A stretch of 64,000 nucleotides of DNA from a virus, in the IMG/VR virus record IMGVR_UViG_3300008262_002626, positions 27,077 to 91,076 of that record. The stretch is one strand, 5' to 3'. This document shows positions 10,731 to 20,168 of the stretch, piece after piece. Under the pieces are notes generated by a model. The model saw only the letters and a list, made by a program, of their open reading frames with translations, did no database searches and was not told the origin of the DNA. The translations under genes were made by a program, and so were the position numbers. The number at the start of each line of letters is the position of its first letter. The stretch's first letter is position 1.

Positions 10731-11015
10731 TTATTTAAAGAATTGTGCTACGCTATCCCAATGACTTGACATCCAACCAAGCACGGCCATGCCGCCTAGT
10801 ATCATGTAAGTCCATTTCATCTTAAACCCTTCTAGGTCTTTGATCTTTCCAGCAAGTTGGGCGTGTTGTTCGCAACTGGCATCATACATGGTCTTTAGTT
10901 GTGCTTTGATATCGTCATGGCCAGCTTTGATGTCCACCTGCAGATGGTCAATTTTTTCATCTAAGTTAGCTACTTTCGTTTCGACTATACCAAGTCGTTC
11001 TGCTGTTGTCGCCAT
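10731..11015 (-). CDS. coiled-coil protein with C-terminal transmembrane helix
   Basis: heptad region followed by hydrophobic WTYMILGGMAVLGW. Confidence 0.55.
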   Translation of the reverse strand: MATTAERLGIVETKVANLDEKIDHLQVDIKAGHDDIKAQLKTMYDASCEQHAQLAGKIKDLEGFKMKWTYMILGGMAVLGWMSSHWDSVAQFFK

Positions 11016-11100
11016 CGTGGCATTCTCCGTTATTAAGTCAGGGCTCTTATGAGCATGTGCCTAATCAAAAATGCCTTGTAGTTGCCTTATGATATATTTA

Positions 11101-11502
11101 TTAAAGTTGTTTAAAAATAATGTTGCGGGCATCGCCATCTGTTACAAAAACAGCATAGTTTTGCTCCATAGATTCGTCTAATCCACTAATATAAGGTACA
11201 CCCTCAAAGTCATTTATTAAAAATGAAACAGGATTATTCAAATCTCCGAATAGGTAATCTTTTTCTACTTCAAATTCAAAAACCCAAACTTTTATTATTT
11301 TACTAGTTTTAAATCCAACTACGTTACCTGCTACTGTTATTACTTCAGGTTTTTTAGAAAAAGATACATTTGCCCTCATACCTAAAGTTTGAAGAACTGT
11401 TTGGAAGTTTTGTTCCTTCCATCGATCTGTTTCTTGTCCAGAAATATTTCTATATTGTTCTGTATTAGTAATATCAACTGTAGTATAGATAGTATAACGC
11501 AT
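11101..11502 (-). CDS. hypothetical protein
   Basis: ORF with TAAATA 5 nt upstream. Confidence 0.65.
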   Translation of the reverse strand: MRYTIYTTVDITNTEQYRNISGQETDRWKEQNFQTVLQTLGMRANVSFSKKPEVITVAGNVVGFKTSKIIKVWVFEFEVEKDYLFGDLNNPVSFLINDFEGVPYISGLDESMEQNYAVFVTDGDARNIIFKQL

Positions 11503-11521
11503 GGCTGTATTTAACAGTCAT

Positions 11522-11548
11522 AAAAAAAGCCTACTATAAAGTAGGCTT
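11522..11548 (-). terminator. rho-independent terminator
   Basis: AAGCCTAC/GTAGGCTT stem followed by a T-run on the minus strand. Confidence 0.75.
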
Positions 11549-11568
11549 CCCTTCCCATCCCTAGGAAA

Positions 11569-11901
11569 TTATACTGGGTTCTGATCGAAATCAGCAACAA
11601 CAGCTAGAGTAATGTCTGTACCGTAGTCGCCTGAGCTAGTACCGATAGTACCTGTTCCTTGAACTGCTAGGTAAACTGGATCTGTACCGATAGTTCCTGC
11701 GATACCTGCAACTGTGAATGCATCGTTTGTTGAACCAACGTCTGTTCCAACTGTTAGTGCTTTGATAACTGCAACTAATTCAGCTTCTGTTGCGTTGCCT
11801 GTTCCTTTGTTTACGCTAACAATGCGTGTACGTGGGCCTAGGCCGTTTACTGTTGATAATTGCTCGTAATTAGCAATGACTGTTCCTGATAATGCTGGCA
11901 T
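11569..11901 (-). CDS. small virion structural protein (decoration-like)
   Basis: G/T/A/V-rich, strong SD, own late promoter and terminator. Confidence 0.5.
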   Translation of the reverse strand: MPALSGTVIANYEQLSTVNGLGPRTRIVSVNKGTGNATEAELVAVIKALTVGTDVGSTNDAFTVAGIAGTIGTDPVYLAVQGTGTIGTSSGDYGTDITLAVVADFDQNPV

Positions 11902-11983
11902 AATAATTTCTCCTCTTTAGCATTAAACCTACCACTCCGTAGGCTTTTGTATATGTATTTATTATTTGGACTAGAAATCTAGC

Positions 11984-12826
11984 TTAAAGGGCCAGTTTTT
12001 GGCGAATAGATTTGAACCAATCTACTGTGCCTTCTTTTACGGCTACACCCTTTTTAGCCATATCGTCACGGAACTGTGCTAGGCGAGGGCTGTCTATGCC
12101 CCCAACAGCATCTATAATGCTTTCAGCACTGCCTAGATCGTCTGCTGTAGCTTTAGGACCTAGCACAATGCGAGCAAGCTCGTCAACATCTTGTGTTACG
12201 ATTTCTCCAGTAGCACGATTTTTTAGGCTACCGCCAAACCCGTCATACTGGAATGTCTTAGGAGGGTGTCCTGGAATACTGTTAACTAGACTAGATACTG
12301 CTAACTGTTGATCAACACCTTTGTACGGACTGTCTTTGCGACTGTAATCATGCTCATGATGACGTCCGATAGCATGGGCATTTTTCATAGTCATTAGATC
12401 TATTTGAAAGTATGCAGGTAGGCCTTCTATTTCTTTGCCCACAGGCAAGCCTATGTGTACATTTTTACCAATCTGTGTAGTTGGAAACTGCTGGCTCATT
12501 GCTTTAGCCAGGGCAACACGTACTTCTTTGTCGTCTGCTTCCGGTGCTAGGCCAAGTTTGCCTTTGATTGCATCTGTGTCAATAAACACGTCAACATCAC
12601 CGGAATCAATTTTAGTAGTTCCTTTCTTGGCAAAACGATGTTCTGGGTCAAATGATCCGGCGCCACCACTACGCCAAAAACCTGGATCACCTAGGTCTGC
12701 TAGAATAGGCTGTAGTTGCTTTTTGATCTGTAAAAACTGTTCTTTGCTTAGGCGGACTAATACACCCTTTTCTGGGTTATTGTCTAGCGCATCTATTCCT
12801 AGCTTTTTAAGAGCATTACCACTCAT
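11984..12826 (-). CDS. nucleotidyltransferase-like protein
   Basis: GAGS...SGDVDVFID...QIDLM motif pattern. Confidence 0.6.
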   Translation of the reverse strand: MSGNALKKLGIDALDNNPEKGVLVRLSKEQFLQIKKQLQPILADLGDPGFWRSGGAGSFDPEHRFAKKGTTKIDSGDVDVFIDTDAIKGKLGLAPEADDKEVRVALAKAMSQQFPTTQIGKNVHIGLPVGKEIEGLPAYFQIDLMTMKNAHAIGRHHEHDYSRKDSPYKGVDQQLAVSSLVNSIPGHPPKTFQYDGFGGSLKNRATGEIVTQDVDELARIVLGPKATADDLGSAESIIDAVGGIDSPRLAQFRDDMAKKGVAVKEGTVDWFKSIRQKLAL

Positions 12827-13092
12827 TCTTTAGATTCCTGAATACGTTTAACACCACGCTTAAATTTCGCAGGATCACCTGATTTAATGCTATTGATAAA
12901 TCTACGCTCAAGTTCTGCGGCTGTTTCGATATCGTAATGTTCTCTAATCAGTGAGATTAGATTGATAGCACTTTGTATGATGTTACTGCCCCGGCTTTCT
13001 ACTACGAGATCAGTATCTCTACTAATCCCTAAATCCGAAAGCTCCTGCAGAATCGATCTAGTTGATTTTCTCATATTTGTGTCTTCCAACAT
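12823..13092 (-). CDS. hypothetical protein
   Basis: ORF overlapping the next gene by ATGA. Confidence 0.6.
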   Translation of the reverse strand: MLEDTNMRKSTRSILQELSDLGISRDTDLVVESRGSNIIQSAINLISLIREHYDIETAAELERRFINSIKSGDPAKFKRGVKRIQESKE

Positions 13093-13676
13093 TATTTATT
13101 GTATATTACAATATCTTTTTGGTAAAATCAAGCCGTTAGAACAGGTCAATAAATGTGCAGTTGCACACGACTCAGTATAAATACTGATACACACAAGGAG
13201 AGAGTAATGTTTAAAAAAGTTCTATCATCAGTATGGGATTTTTTCTGTGCAGTTGGGGAAGCTCGATATGCCGCAGAATTAGCCCGCAATGGCAAATGGC
13301 GTGAAGCCCAGGAATATTGCCAGAAGTAATATGTTTTGCGAATTCCAAGAAGTACCGTATCACCAGTGGGGGCCGTGGCGTAATCAATGGGGTTACATAA
13401 CCACGGTAGCCCAGTTTGCTGAAGATGATATCCTGCTTAAATCTATCACCCCTTATAAAACAAATATCGTTAAACGATATAGCGACTGGGAAGATTGTCA
13501 GCGTGGGATAGAATTAATTGAACAGGATAGGAGATTCTAATGACACAGTTACACTGGCAACCAATGACCGACGAAGATGTCGAATGGGTAAATAATCCAG
13601 GGAAAAAATCATGTTGACTCTTGATTTCTTTCCTGCAGGTATATATAATAATAACACATACACACAAGGAGGAGTT

Positions 13677-13898
13677 ATGTTTTCACCACACTTTTATATT
13701 GAATCTTTTCAGAACACTAAAAAGATTGTTACTGATCAGATCTTCAAAGATCCCGCCCTAAACAAAGCGGCACATGCATATATCGATGCACAAACCCAAT
13801 TCGCCAAGATGGCTGTTAACAACACCATTGACATGGCTAAATATTCTGTGGAAACAGTCAGCAAGTATCTGTTTCCTAAGAAGGAAGGTACCGCCTAA
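13677..13898 (+). CDS. phasin-like protein
   Basis: amphipathic helical Ala/Gln/Thr-rich sequence; SD AAGGAGG. Confidence 0.5.
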   Translation: MFSPHFYIESFQNTKKIVTDQIFKDPALNKAAHAYIDAQTQFAKMAVNNTIDMAKYSVETVSKYLFPKKEGTA

Positions 13899-13930
13899 AG
13901 GTACAGACATACACACACAAGGAGATTATT

Positions 13931-14215
13931 ATGTCAACAGTATTAAATGGACTACCAGAAGTGAAACTACCAGAAGTTAAATTTAACAAGAACGGCTACG
14001 AAATCCGTACAGACATCCTAGCAATGGCCAAGGACCTAGTTGAAAGCGAATATCGCGTTGCTTTCCAAGGTTGGGAAATGTCAGCACAGCGTGACGAGAA
14101 GACTGGTCAGATCGTTACTACAGTGGCTATGCCACAATTTCCAGGACTTGATAAAGTTCTAGAAACAGCTGAAAAGATGTATGGTTTTGTTAACGCTGGT
14201 GCTAGCAAGAAGTAA
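13931..14215 (+). CDS. conserved phage hypothetical protein
   Basis: KNGYEIRTDILAMAK...AEKMYGFV; good SD. Confidence 0.7.
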   Translation: MSTVLNGLPEVKLPEVKFNKNGYEIRTDILAMAKDLVESEYRVAFQGWEMSAQRDEKTGQIVTTVAMPQFPGLDKVLETAEKMYGFVNAGASKK

Positions 14216-14296
14216 TTATATCGGCTAAATGCCTTATAGTCACGCATAGCGTTTATTATATATTAGGACGGGCACTACGGTGCTCGTTCTCTTATG

Positions 14297-14391
14297 TGAG
14301 CTTAGGGAATTTGGCCTTTACCCTTGTGCTAGTGGAAACAAGGAAAACACTAGCATTCAGCATCCTTCCATACCTTGTTGATCTAAGCTCA
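14297..14391 (-). ncRNA. candidate structured small RNA
   Basis: 9-bp outer and 8-bp inner stems; TAAATA just upstream on the minus strand. Confidence 0.4.
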
Positions 14392-14398
14392 ATAGTAT

Positions 14399-14803
14399 TT
14401 AAACTATCGACTCTCGATCAAACAGGTTAGGGTGCTTTTTACCCCAATTACGCATAATCACTGCGGCTTCGGCATTGGCTTCGTTTTCTTGTGGGCTACC
14501 GGTAGCACCAGGATCGTCGCCATCAAGTTCTCGATTTAGATCTTGTTTGTAGTGGACAAGCTCGTGTGCCAGTGTACGACAGACATCCATGATGTGTCTG
14601 TTAACTACAGTAATACGAATATGTTCGTTACCGTAGCCTCCGAAACTAGAATGTTCAACACTACCTTTAGCATCAAACTTAAATTCAAACTTAGGAAGGC
14701 TGTCAAGTTCTAAGTGTTCTGCGGCAAATCGAACAAATTCAAGCAAGGTGCTGTAAGTATCTTTACGACTCATTCCTTCGGTTAGTAGCTCTTTGATTTT
14801 CAT
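14399..14803 (-). CDS. zincin-type metallopeptidase-like protein
   Basis: HELVH and downstream ENEANA motif. Confidence 0.7.
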   Translation of the reverse strand: MKIKELLTEGMSRKDTYSTLLEFVRFAAEHLELDSLPKFEFKFDAKGSVEHSSFGGYGNEHIRITVVNRHIMDVCRTLAHELVHYKQDLNRELDGDDPGATGSPQENEANAEAAVIMRNWGKKHPNLFDRESIV

Positions 14804-15216
14804 TACTTCTTCCTACCTTGGCAATGAGCACGTTGGCTAAATCCTTTTGGATTGTTACAGTTGATAGAACGCTTGTATTTGTCGCTCCACTCTTCACCAA
14901 TATTTTTATCTATACCTCTGCTACCTGTACCACCCTTACGACGTTTGGCAGCTAGTTCTTCAATGCCGTGGCGAATCTGTTCTAAGTTCTGCTCTAGACC
15001 CATAAACAGACCGCCCTTGGCATCACGCACAATACTCTGCCACACTAGTAAATCGTTTGACTCTGCACGTTCTGCTAGATCTTTTAATTGAGCACGGGCC
15101 TGCATGATGCGCCCTTTTAAGCTCATTGGATTAGCTTTTTCGTGGCCGTAGATTACGGGATCGTTAGGATCACCGGTCATATCTATTGGAGTTTCTAGCA
15201 GTTGATGTATCTTCAT
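14803..15216 (-). CDS. putative internal head protein with basic Cys-containing C-terminal module
   Basis: MKIHQLLE N-terminus; IGEE/WSDKYKRSINC...HCQGRKK. Confidence 0.55.
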   Translation of the reverse strand: MKIHQLLETPIDMTGDPNDPVIYGHEKANPMSLKGRIMQARAQLKDLAERAESNDLLVWQSIVRDAKGGLFMGLEQNLEQIRHGIEELAAKRRKGGTGSRGIDKNIGEEWSDKYKRSINCNNPKGFSQRAHCQGRKK

Positions 15217-15231
15217 AATAATACTTATCTT

Positions 15232-16563
15232 TTAGTAGATTTCGCGCCACTGTAGACCTGCACCTACGTTAGTGCTCTGAGCGCCAATATTAGTTGCTAC
15301 AATCAAATAAATTTCGCTATCAGTACTGTCATAGTTTTGTACGATATAATTCTTTTTAGCTTCGCTAGGTAAGTTAGATGCTGGCGCACCACCTGCTTTT
15401 TGACTACCCTGTGTGCTGGCTCCTACCCAACCGTTGTCTAGCTCGTCACCGTCAGTCCAAGTAGTAGCATCTACATTATATTGTACACCGCTGTCATCAT
15501 CTACATCTGTCCAGGTAGTGTCGTTAAGAAAAGTACTATTGGGTAGTTTTAACAAGCGCCATTTAATACTGTCGCCATCACTGAACATCTTAAGATTGCC
15601 CATACGCACAATCATACGATTGGCATAGGTTCTAAATGCAGTTTTTAATCTAATGGCTATGATAGGCGATGTAGCACCTGCGGCAATATTTTTTAGGGTA
15701 GGACTAGTTACAGCCCAATCAATACCTGCTTCCACATAGCCACCTTCGCTGGCCACAGTACTACAGATCTGATCAAAGTAGGCACCTGTGGTTGCGCCTG
15801 TGTTTACAATTTCACAGCGTACAGGCAAGTTAGGTGTACTCATATACACAGTAGACAAATTATTAGAGTGATGGAATATGTGACAGGGTATGAATGAACC
15901 TTCGTGTACAAATCCCACAGTAACCGAACCTACCCCTAACCATTGAAACTCTATAAATGACAGTTGTGTTTTAGTAATATCTAAGCTAAATTGGCTTCCG
16001 CCTTGTCCGTTACAACTATCAATGTTCCATTCGCTTTGTGTCTTACGAACTTCTTGTGGCGCTCCAGTTATATAACTGCGTATGACCCAACTCAGTGTAC
16101 CATCGCCCGCCTGTTCAAAGTAGATGCCATTGTTGTCATCGTAGTAACCTGTGCGTTTGGTTACATTAGGTGTTGCCGCATAGAAATTAAAACTGCTGAG
16201 TATCTGCTGACTCTTGCCAGGCATATAATGATGATAGAATTTGGTCTGATGCACTACACGGCTGCTAGGATCGTTTGAGGTTGTTAGTCTAGCACAGGCT
16301 TTGTTAGGTTGAAATGCCACAGTACCGCCATTGACTAGGTAATCTACAAAGTTTGGATCTAATCCATATAAATGCTTATAGTCGCCTAAGGTAAACGGAC
16401 TAGACATACGAATACGGCCAAACGCATCTGTCTGTCCTACCTTAAGTGTGGTACGAAGCACAGGTTGCCCTAGAGCATTGTACTCCATGGTATTATGTAG
16501 GTCTAGTAGATTAGACTCATGCGGATGCTGATAGTTAGTTGAATTAGGTTGTTGAACGCCCAT
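15232..16563 (-). CDS. virion structural protein
   Basis: beta-rich; DAFGRIRMS and C-terminal WREIY motifs. Confidence 0.55.
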   Translation of the reverse strand: MGVQQPNSTNYQHPHESNLLDLHNTMEYNALGQPVLRTTLKVGQTDAFGRIRMSSPFTLGDYKHLYGLDPNFVDYLVNGGTVAFQPNKACARLTTSNDPSSRVVHQTKFYHHYMPGKSQQILSSFNFYAATPNVTKRTGYYDDNNGIYFEQAGDGTLSWVIRSYITGAPQEVRKTQSEWNIDSCNGQGGSQFSLDITKTQLSFIEFQWLGVGSVTVGFVHEGSFIPCHIFHHSNNLSTVYMSTPNLPVRCEIVNTGATTGAYFDQICSTVASEGGYVEAGIDWAVTSPTLKNIAAGATSPIIAIRLKTAFRTYANRMIVRMGNLKMFSDGDSIKWRLLKLPNSTFLNDTTWTDVDDDSGVQYNVDATTWTDGDELDNGWVGASTQGSQKAGGAPASNLPSEAKKNYIVQNYDSTDSEIYLIVATNIGAQSTNVGAGLQWREIY

Positions 16564-16566
16564 GGA

Positions 16567-17583
16567 TTACAAGCCCCATTTATTGCTGAGATAGTTTTCC
16601 ACGTTAGAAATTTCAGTAGAATTTAACGCATGGGTAAAAATTAAGAACTCGCCTATATCACCTGTATAGTAGTTGGCACCATTATTGTTACCAATATATA
16701 AAGTAGTATTACTTGCACTGAGAGTATCACCTACTGTTCCGGCAAATGTAAGTGTAATATCAGTTTTATCGTATCGGTACTTTAAACTTGCGGCATTGGT
16801 AGTTTGTGTACCGTCATAGGCAAAAGTATGTATATGGAATGCTGTGCCATCATTGACTACTGTACTAGTTCCTACGCCGCCAGCAGCCTTGGCTACAAAC
16901 TTTCCTGCCGTAGTATCATAAATCAATCCGGTAGCACCACTATTGGTTACAAATATATTTGGGCTTCCTGTTGTTGCTGTCATCTTCATCACTACAAAAA
17001 CTGTCAGGGCAGGAGCACTGGCTAACGAAGAATACGGATTGATACTTAAACCATCGTTACCGTCAAAACGAACAACACTTAGAGTATTCTGTTCACTGGT
17101 CTGGTAACTGGCTCTAGTAGTAGCACCGCCAATTGGGTTAGCGTTGTGGGCGAAACCAGACTTGTCTGTCCATTGCGTGAACGTCTGGCCGTCACTAGGG
17201 TTGCTTGGAACGAATTGTACTCCATCACTGCCATCATACCAAGATTCAAGCTGAACAAAAGTTTCTGTAGGAACTGCTTCTTCAATTGTAGCAGGTGCCG
17301 ACAATGATGCAATTCCTACCCAGGGCCTAGCTGGTAGTAAAGGGTCTGCATCTGCTGTGGTTCCGTAGGCCAAACTTAATGCATCTAAATCATAAACGTT
17401 GTTAGTTCTATAATAGGGTTTAGATGAATCTACTGATCCAGAAATAGTTCCATCATCAGCAACTATTTTACCTTGACGTTTTGCCTGTGCAATATCTAAT
17501 TTAGCCACCTGTCTTGCGGCTTTGTTAGCAACAGGATCAGATCCGTCGCCTGAAATTAAATGAGCAATACCGTTAGCTGACAT
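16567..17583 (-). CDS. LamG/concanavalin-like lectin domain virion protein
   Basis: WYDGSD, WTDKSG, GDIGEFLIF...VENYLSNKWGL. Confidence 0.7.
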   Translation of the reverse strand: MSANGIAHLISGDGSDPVANKAARQVAKLDIAQAKRQGKIVADDGTISGSVDSSKPYYRTNNVYDLDALSLAYGTTADADPLLPARPWVGIASLSAPATIEEAVPTETFVQLESWYDGSDGVQFVPSNPSDGQTFTQWTDKSGFAHNANPIGGATTRASYQTSEQNTLSVVRFDGNDGLSINPYSSLASAPALTVFVVMKMTATTGSPNIFVTNSGATGLIYDTTAGKFVAKAAGGVGTSTVVNDGTAFHIHTFAYDGTQTTNAASLKYRYDKTDITLTFAGTVGDTLSASNTTLYIGNNNGANYYTGDIGEFLIFTHALNSTEISNVENYLSNKWGL

Positions 17584-17918
17584 TATTCATTCTCCGGATT
17601 ATGTTGGTGCCCAGGATAAGCACTTGGATGCTGTACACGAATATCGCTAGGATGTTTAGGTTCTTGCCAACCACCGCCAGCATCTTTAGTTACTGCGTCT
17701 ATATCTGCATATTCTTCCTTAGGTGCATTTGAAAAAACGCTAGCAGAGCCGTCTGTATCGTCTTTGCTGACTAGATCTACTATCTGTTTAAATTTGCGAA
17801 TAGTATCCGGATTCTCTTCTTGCGGCTCTGCTACAGCAACTACCTGTATTTCTGGTTCTGCTGTTTTCTGGCCGTCAATTAAGTCTAAAATACTGCGTAT
17901 GATTTCTTGGGCTCTCAT
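17583..17918 (-). CDS. hypothetical late protein (MRAQEII)
   Basis: ORF behind TAAATA. Confidence 0.6.
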   Translation of the reverse strand: MRAQEIIRSILDLIDGQKTAEPEIQVVAVAEPQEENPDTIRKFKQIVDLVSKDDTDGSASVFSNAPKEEYADIDAVTKDAGGGWQEPKHPSDIRVQHPSAYPGHQHNPENE

Positions 17919-17960
17919 GATTGTTTCCTGTATCCTATATTTAGTGTTAAATAGCGTACT

Positions 17961-19163
17961 ATGATAAACAAAGAACCTTTCAAAAAACTACTACAAGATC
18001 TAAAAGATTCAGGAAAATATCGTGTTTTTAACGATATTGTACGAGAAGCTGGTAAATTTCCTACAGCTATTTGGTATGGACCCTATGCTATTAAAAATAT
18101 AGTTAACTGGTGCTCGAATGATTATCTAGGCATGGGACAGCACAAAGTTGTTATTGATGCTATGCACACAGCATTAGATCATACTGGGACAGGATCAGGC
18201 GGAACTCGTAACATCGGAGGAACTAGTCATTATCATGTAGCTTTGGAACATGAACTAGCAACATTACATAAGAAAGAACGTGCCTTGCTGTTCAGTAGTG
18301 CTTACGTTGCAAATGAATGGACACTGATCGCATTGAGCAAGATCGTACCCAATATTGAGTTTATCAGCGATAGTAAGAATCATAATAGTTTGATAGTCGG
18401 AATACAACATAGTAAAGCTAAGAAAGTAGTCTTTAAACATAACGACTTAGAAGATCTAGAACAAAAACTTAAAATTAGTTTTGCACAAGGCAATACTCCT
18501 TGCATAGTATTTGAAAGTGTTTATAGCATGGATGGAGATGTTAGTCCTATCAAAGAAATATGTCGCCTAGCTAAAAAATACAAAGCAATCACTTATATCG
18601 ACGAAGTACACGCAGTAGGACTCTACGGAAATCGCGGAGGAGGCAAAGTAGAAGAATTAGGCCTAGAAGATCAAATTGATATTATCAACGGAACATTGGG
18701 TAAAGCATTTGGTGTTCAGGGCGGATACATCGCAGCCGATAGTGATATCGTTGATGCTATCCGTTCAGTGGCTGCTGGCTTCATCTTTACAACATCGATG
18801 AGTCCTGTAAGTTGTGCCGGTGCTCTGGCCGCAATCAAGTGGTTGAAGGAGCATAACGAAATACGCGAAAAGCACCAAGAACGTGCTCGTAAATTAAAGT
18901 ATCGATTGAACAAAGCAGGTATTACAGTTATGGAGTGTTCAACTACACACATTGTTCCTGTACTAGTAGGTGAGGCTAAGAAATGTAAAAAGATCAGTGA
19001 TTACCTATTAGCTGAACACGGTATCTATGTACAGCCAATTAATTACCCAACTGTCGATGTAGGCACAGAACGACTACGCTTTGCTCCTACACCATACCAT
19101 GATGACGGTATGATCGAAGATCTAGTTGATGCTCTTAAACAAGCATTTGAGCAATTTGAGTAA
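17961..19163 (+). CDS. hemA: 5-aminolevulinate synthase
   Basis: [43 protein letters not shown] lysine, [16 protein letters not shown]. Confidence 0.95.
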   Translation: MINKEPFKKLLQDLKDSGKYRVFNDIVREAGKFPTAIWYGPYAIKNIVNWCSNDYLGMGQHKVVIDAMHTALDHTGTGSGGTRNIGGTSHYHVALEHELATLHKKERALLFSSAYVANEWTLIALSKIVPNIEFISDSKNHNSLIVGIQHSKAKKVVFKHNDLEDLEQKLKISFAQGNTPCIVFESVYSMDGDVSPIKEICRLAKKYKAITYIDEVHAVGLYGNRGGGKVEELGLEDQIDIINGTLGKAFGVQGGYIAADSDIVDAIRSVAAGFIFTTSMSPVSCAGALAAIKWLKEHNEIREKHQERARKLKYRLNKAGITVMECSTTHIVPVLVGEAKKCKKISDYLLAEHGIYVQPINYPTVDVGTERLRFAPTPYHDDGMIEDLVDALKQAFEQFE

Positions 19164-19371
19164 CACCAAAAACTAGCATAGAGCGAGCTTCGGCATTAGT
19201 TGCTTCTTCGTTTAACTTATCTGTATTAACCAAATCTTGTAACAAAGCACGAGCTTCGTCTGCTGATATTTCACCGTTGCGGTTAGCTTCGGCAATCTGT
19301 AGTGCCATCTGGGCACGAGTCTCAGCCCAAGGTAAACCACATCCTGCTAGTTGTAATAGACTATCTGACAT
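19135..19371 (-). CDS. hypothetical protein
   Basis: coupled to the upstream lipoprotein. Confidence 0.6.
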   Translation of the reverse strand: MSDSLLQLAGCGLPWAETRAQMALQIAEANRNGEISADEARALLQDLVNTDKLNEEATNAEARSMLVFGVTQIAQMLV

Positions 19372-19755
19372 TTAGAATCTCCCCTGTACTGTATGAGCAA
19401 TCATATCAGCCTGTTGAATTAATATCTTCTTTTTGATTTCGCAATAGGTAGGACTTACTGGACCTTTGGCTGTACGATCTACCATTTCTTTTACAGAGTC
19501 CTGCATCTTGCCTACAGGTACAATTACGTCGCGTGTTGGTTTGCTCTTTGCGTAGATTTCAAACCATTCGATCTTTTGTGCTAGGTCTCTTGACTGTTGT
19601 GCAATATCGCCTTTGCAGTCAAAGTTACGAGTTGTCTGTTGTATTGTTGTAATGCTATGGCTTTGGTTGGCATCCCATTTAACCGGGATCCATTGTTGAA
19701 TTGTTGAACAACCGGTTAGCCCAACAAATGCTAATGCTAGTATTATATTTTTCAT
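19372..19755 (-). CDS. lipoprotein
   Basis: signal peptide with lipobox LTGC. Confidence 0.75.
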   Translation of the reverse strand: MKNIILALAFVGLTGCSTIQQWIPVKWDANQSHSITTIQQTTRNFDCKGDIAQQSRDLAQKIEWFEIYAKSKPTRDVIVPVGKMQDSVKEMVDRTAKGPVSPTYCEIKKKILIQQADMIAHTVQGRF

Positions 19756-19763
19756 GACTATCC

Positions 19764-20168
19764 TTATGTAATAGGGCCGCCTTCGATCCAGGCATCACAT
19801 GTCCGTTTAGCGGCACATTTAAATTTTAAAAACTTACAGTAGCCTAACTGCCCTGCATCTACTGTATCGTGTGGATTTGAACCGGGCTCACTGCCTATAC
19901 CTGTTGCTATACAATCCTGCATTTTTTCTGATATATCAAATGCTCCGCAGTTACCACAACGATTATTTTTAACTGATTCTATATCTTTAGTGTTCCACTT
20001 ATCTGCTAGTTTTTGCCAATATTCATCATTTGGCTCGTTAGGATTTAGTGGGCCGTAATGATACTCGTTTATAGCCTTTTGTCTATTCTTTAGATTAAGA
20101 TCGATATCTTGGGTAGCTGGTGGACACCCCTTCTCTAGTGCCTCAACGACATTGATATAATTTCTCAT
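19764..20168 (-). CDS. Cys-rich hypothetical protein
   Basis: CPPAT, CGNC, C..C...TCDAW pattern. Confidence 0.65.
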   Translation of the reverse strand: MRNYINVVEALEKGCPPATQDIDLNLKNRQKAINEYHYGPLNPNEPNDEYWQKLADKWNTKDIESVKNNRCGNCGAFDISEKMQDCIATGIGSEPGSNPHDTVDAGQLGYCKFLKFKCAAKRTCDAWIEGGPIT

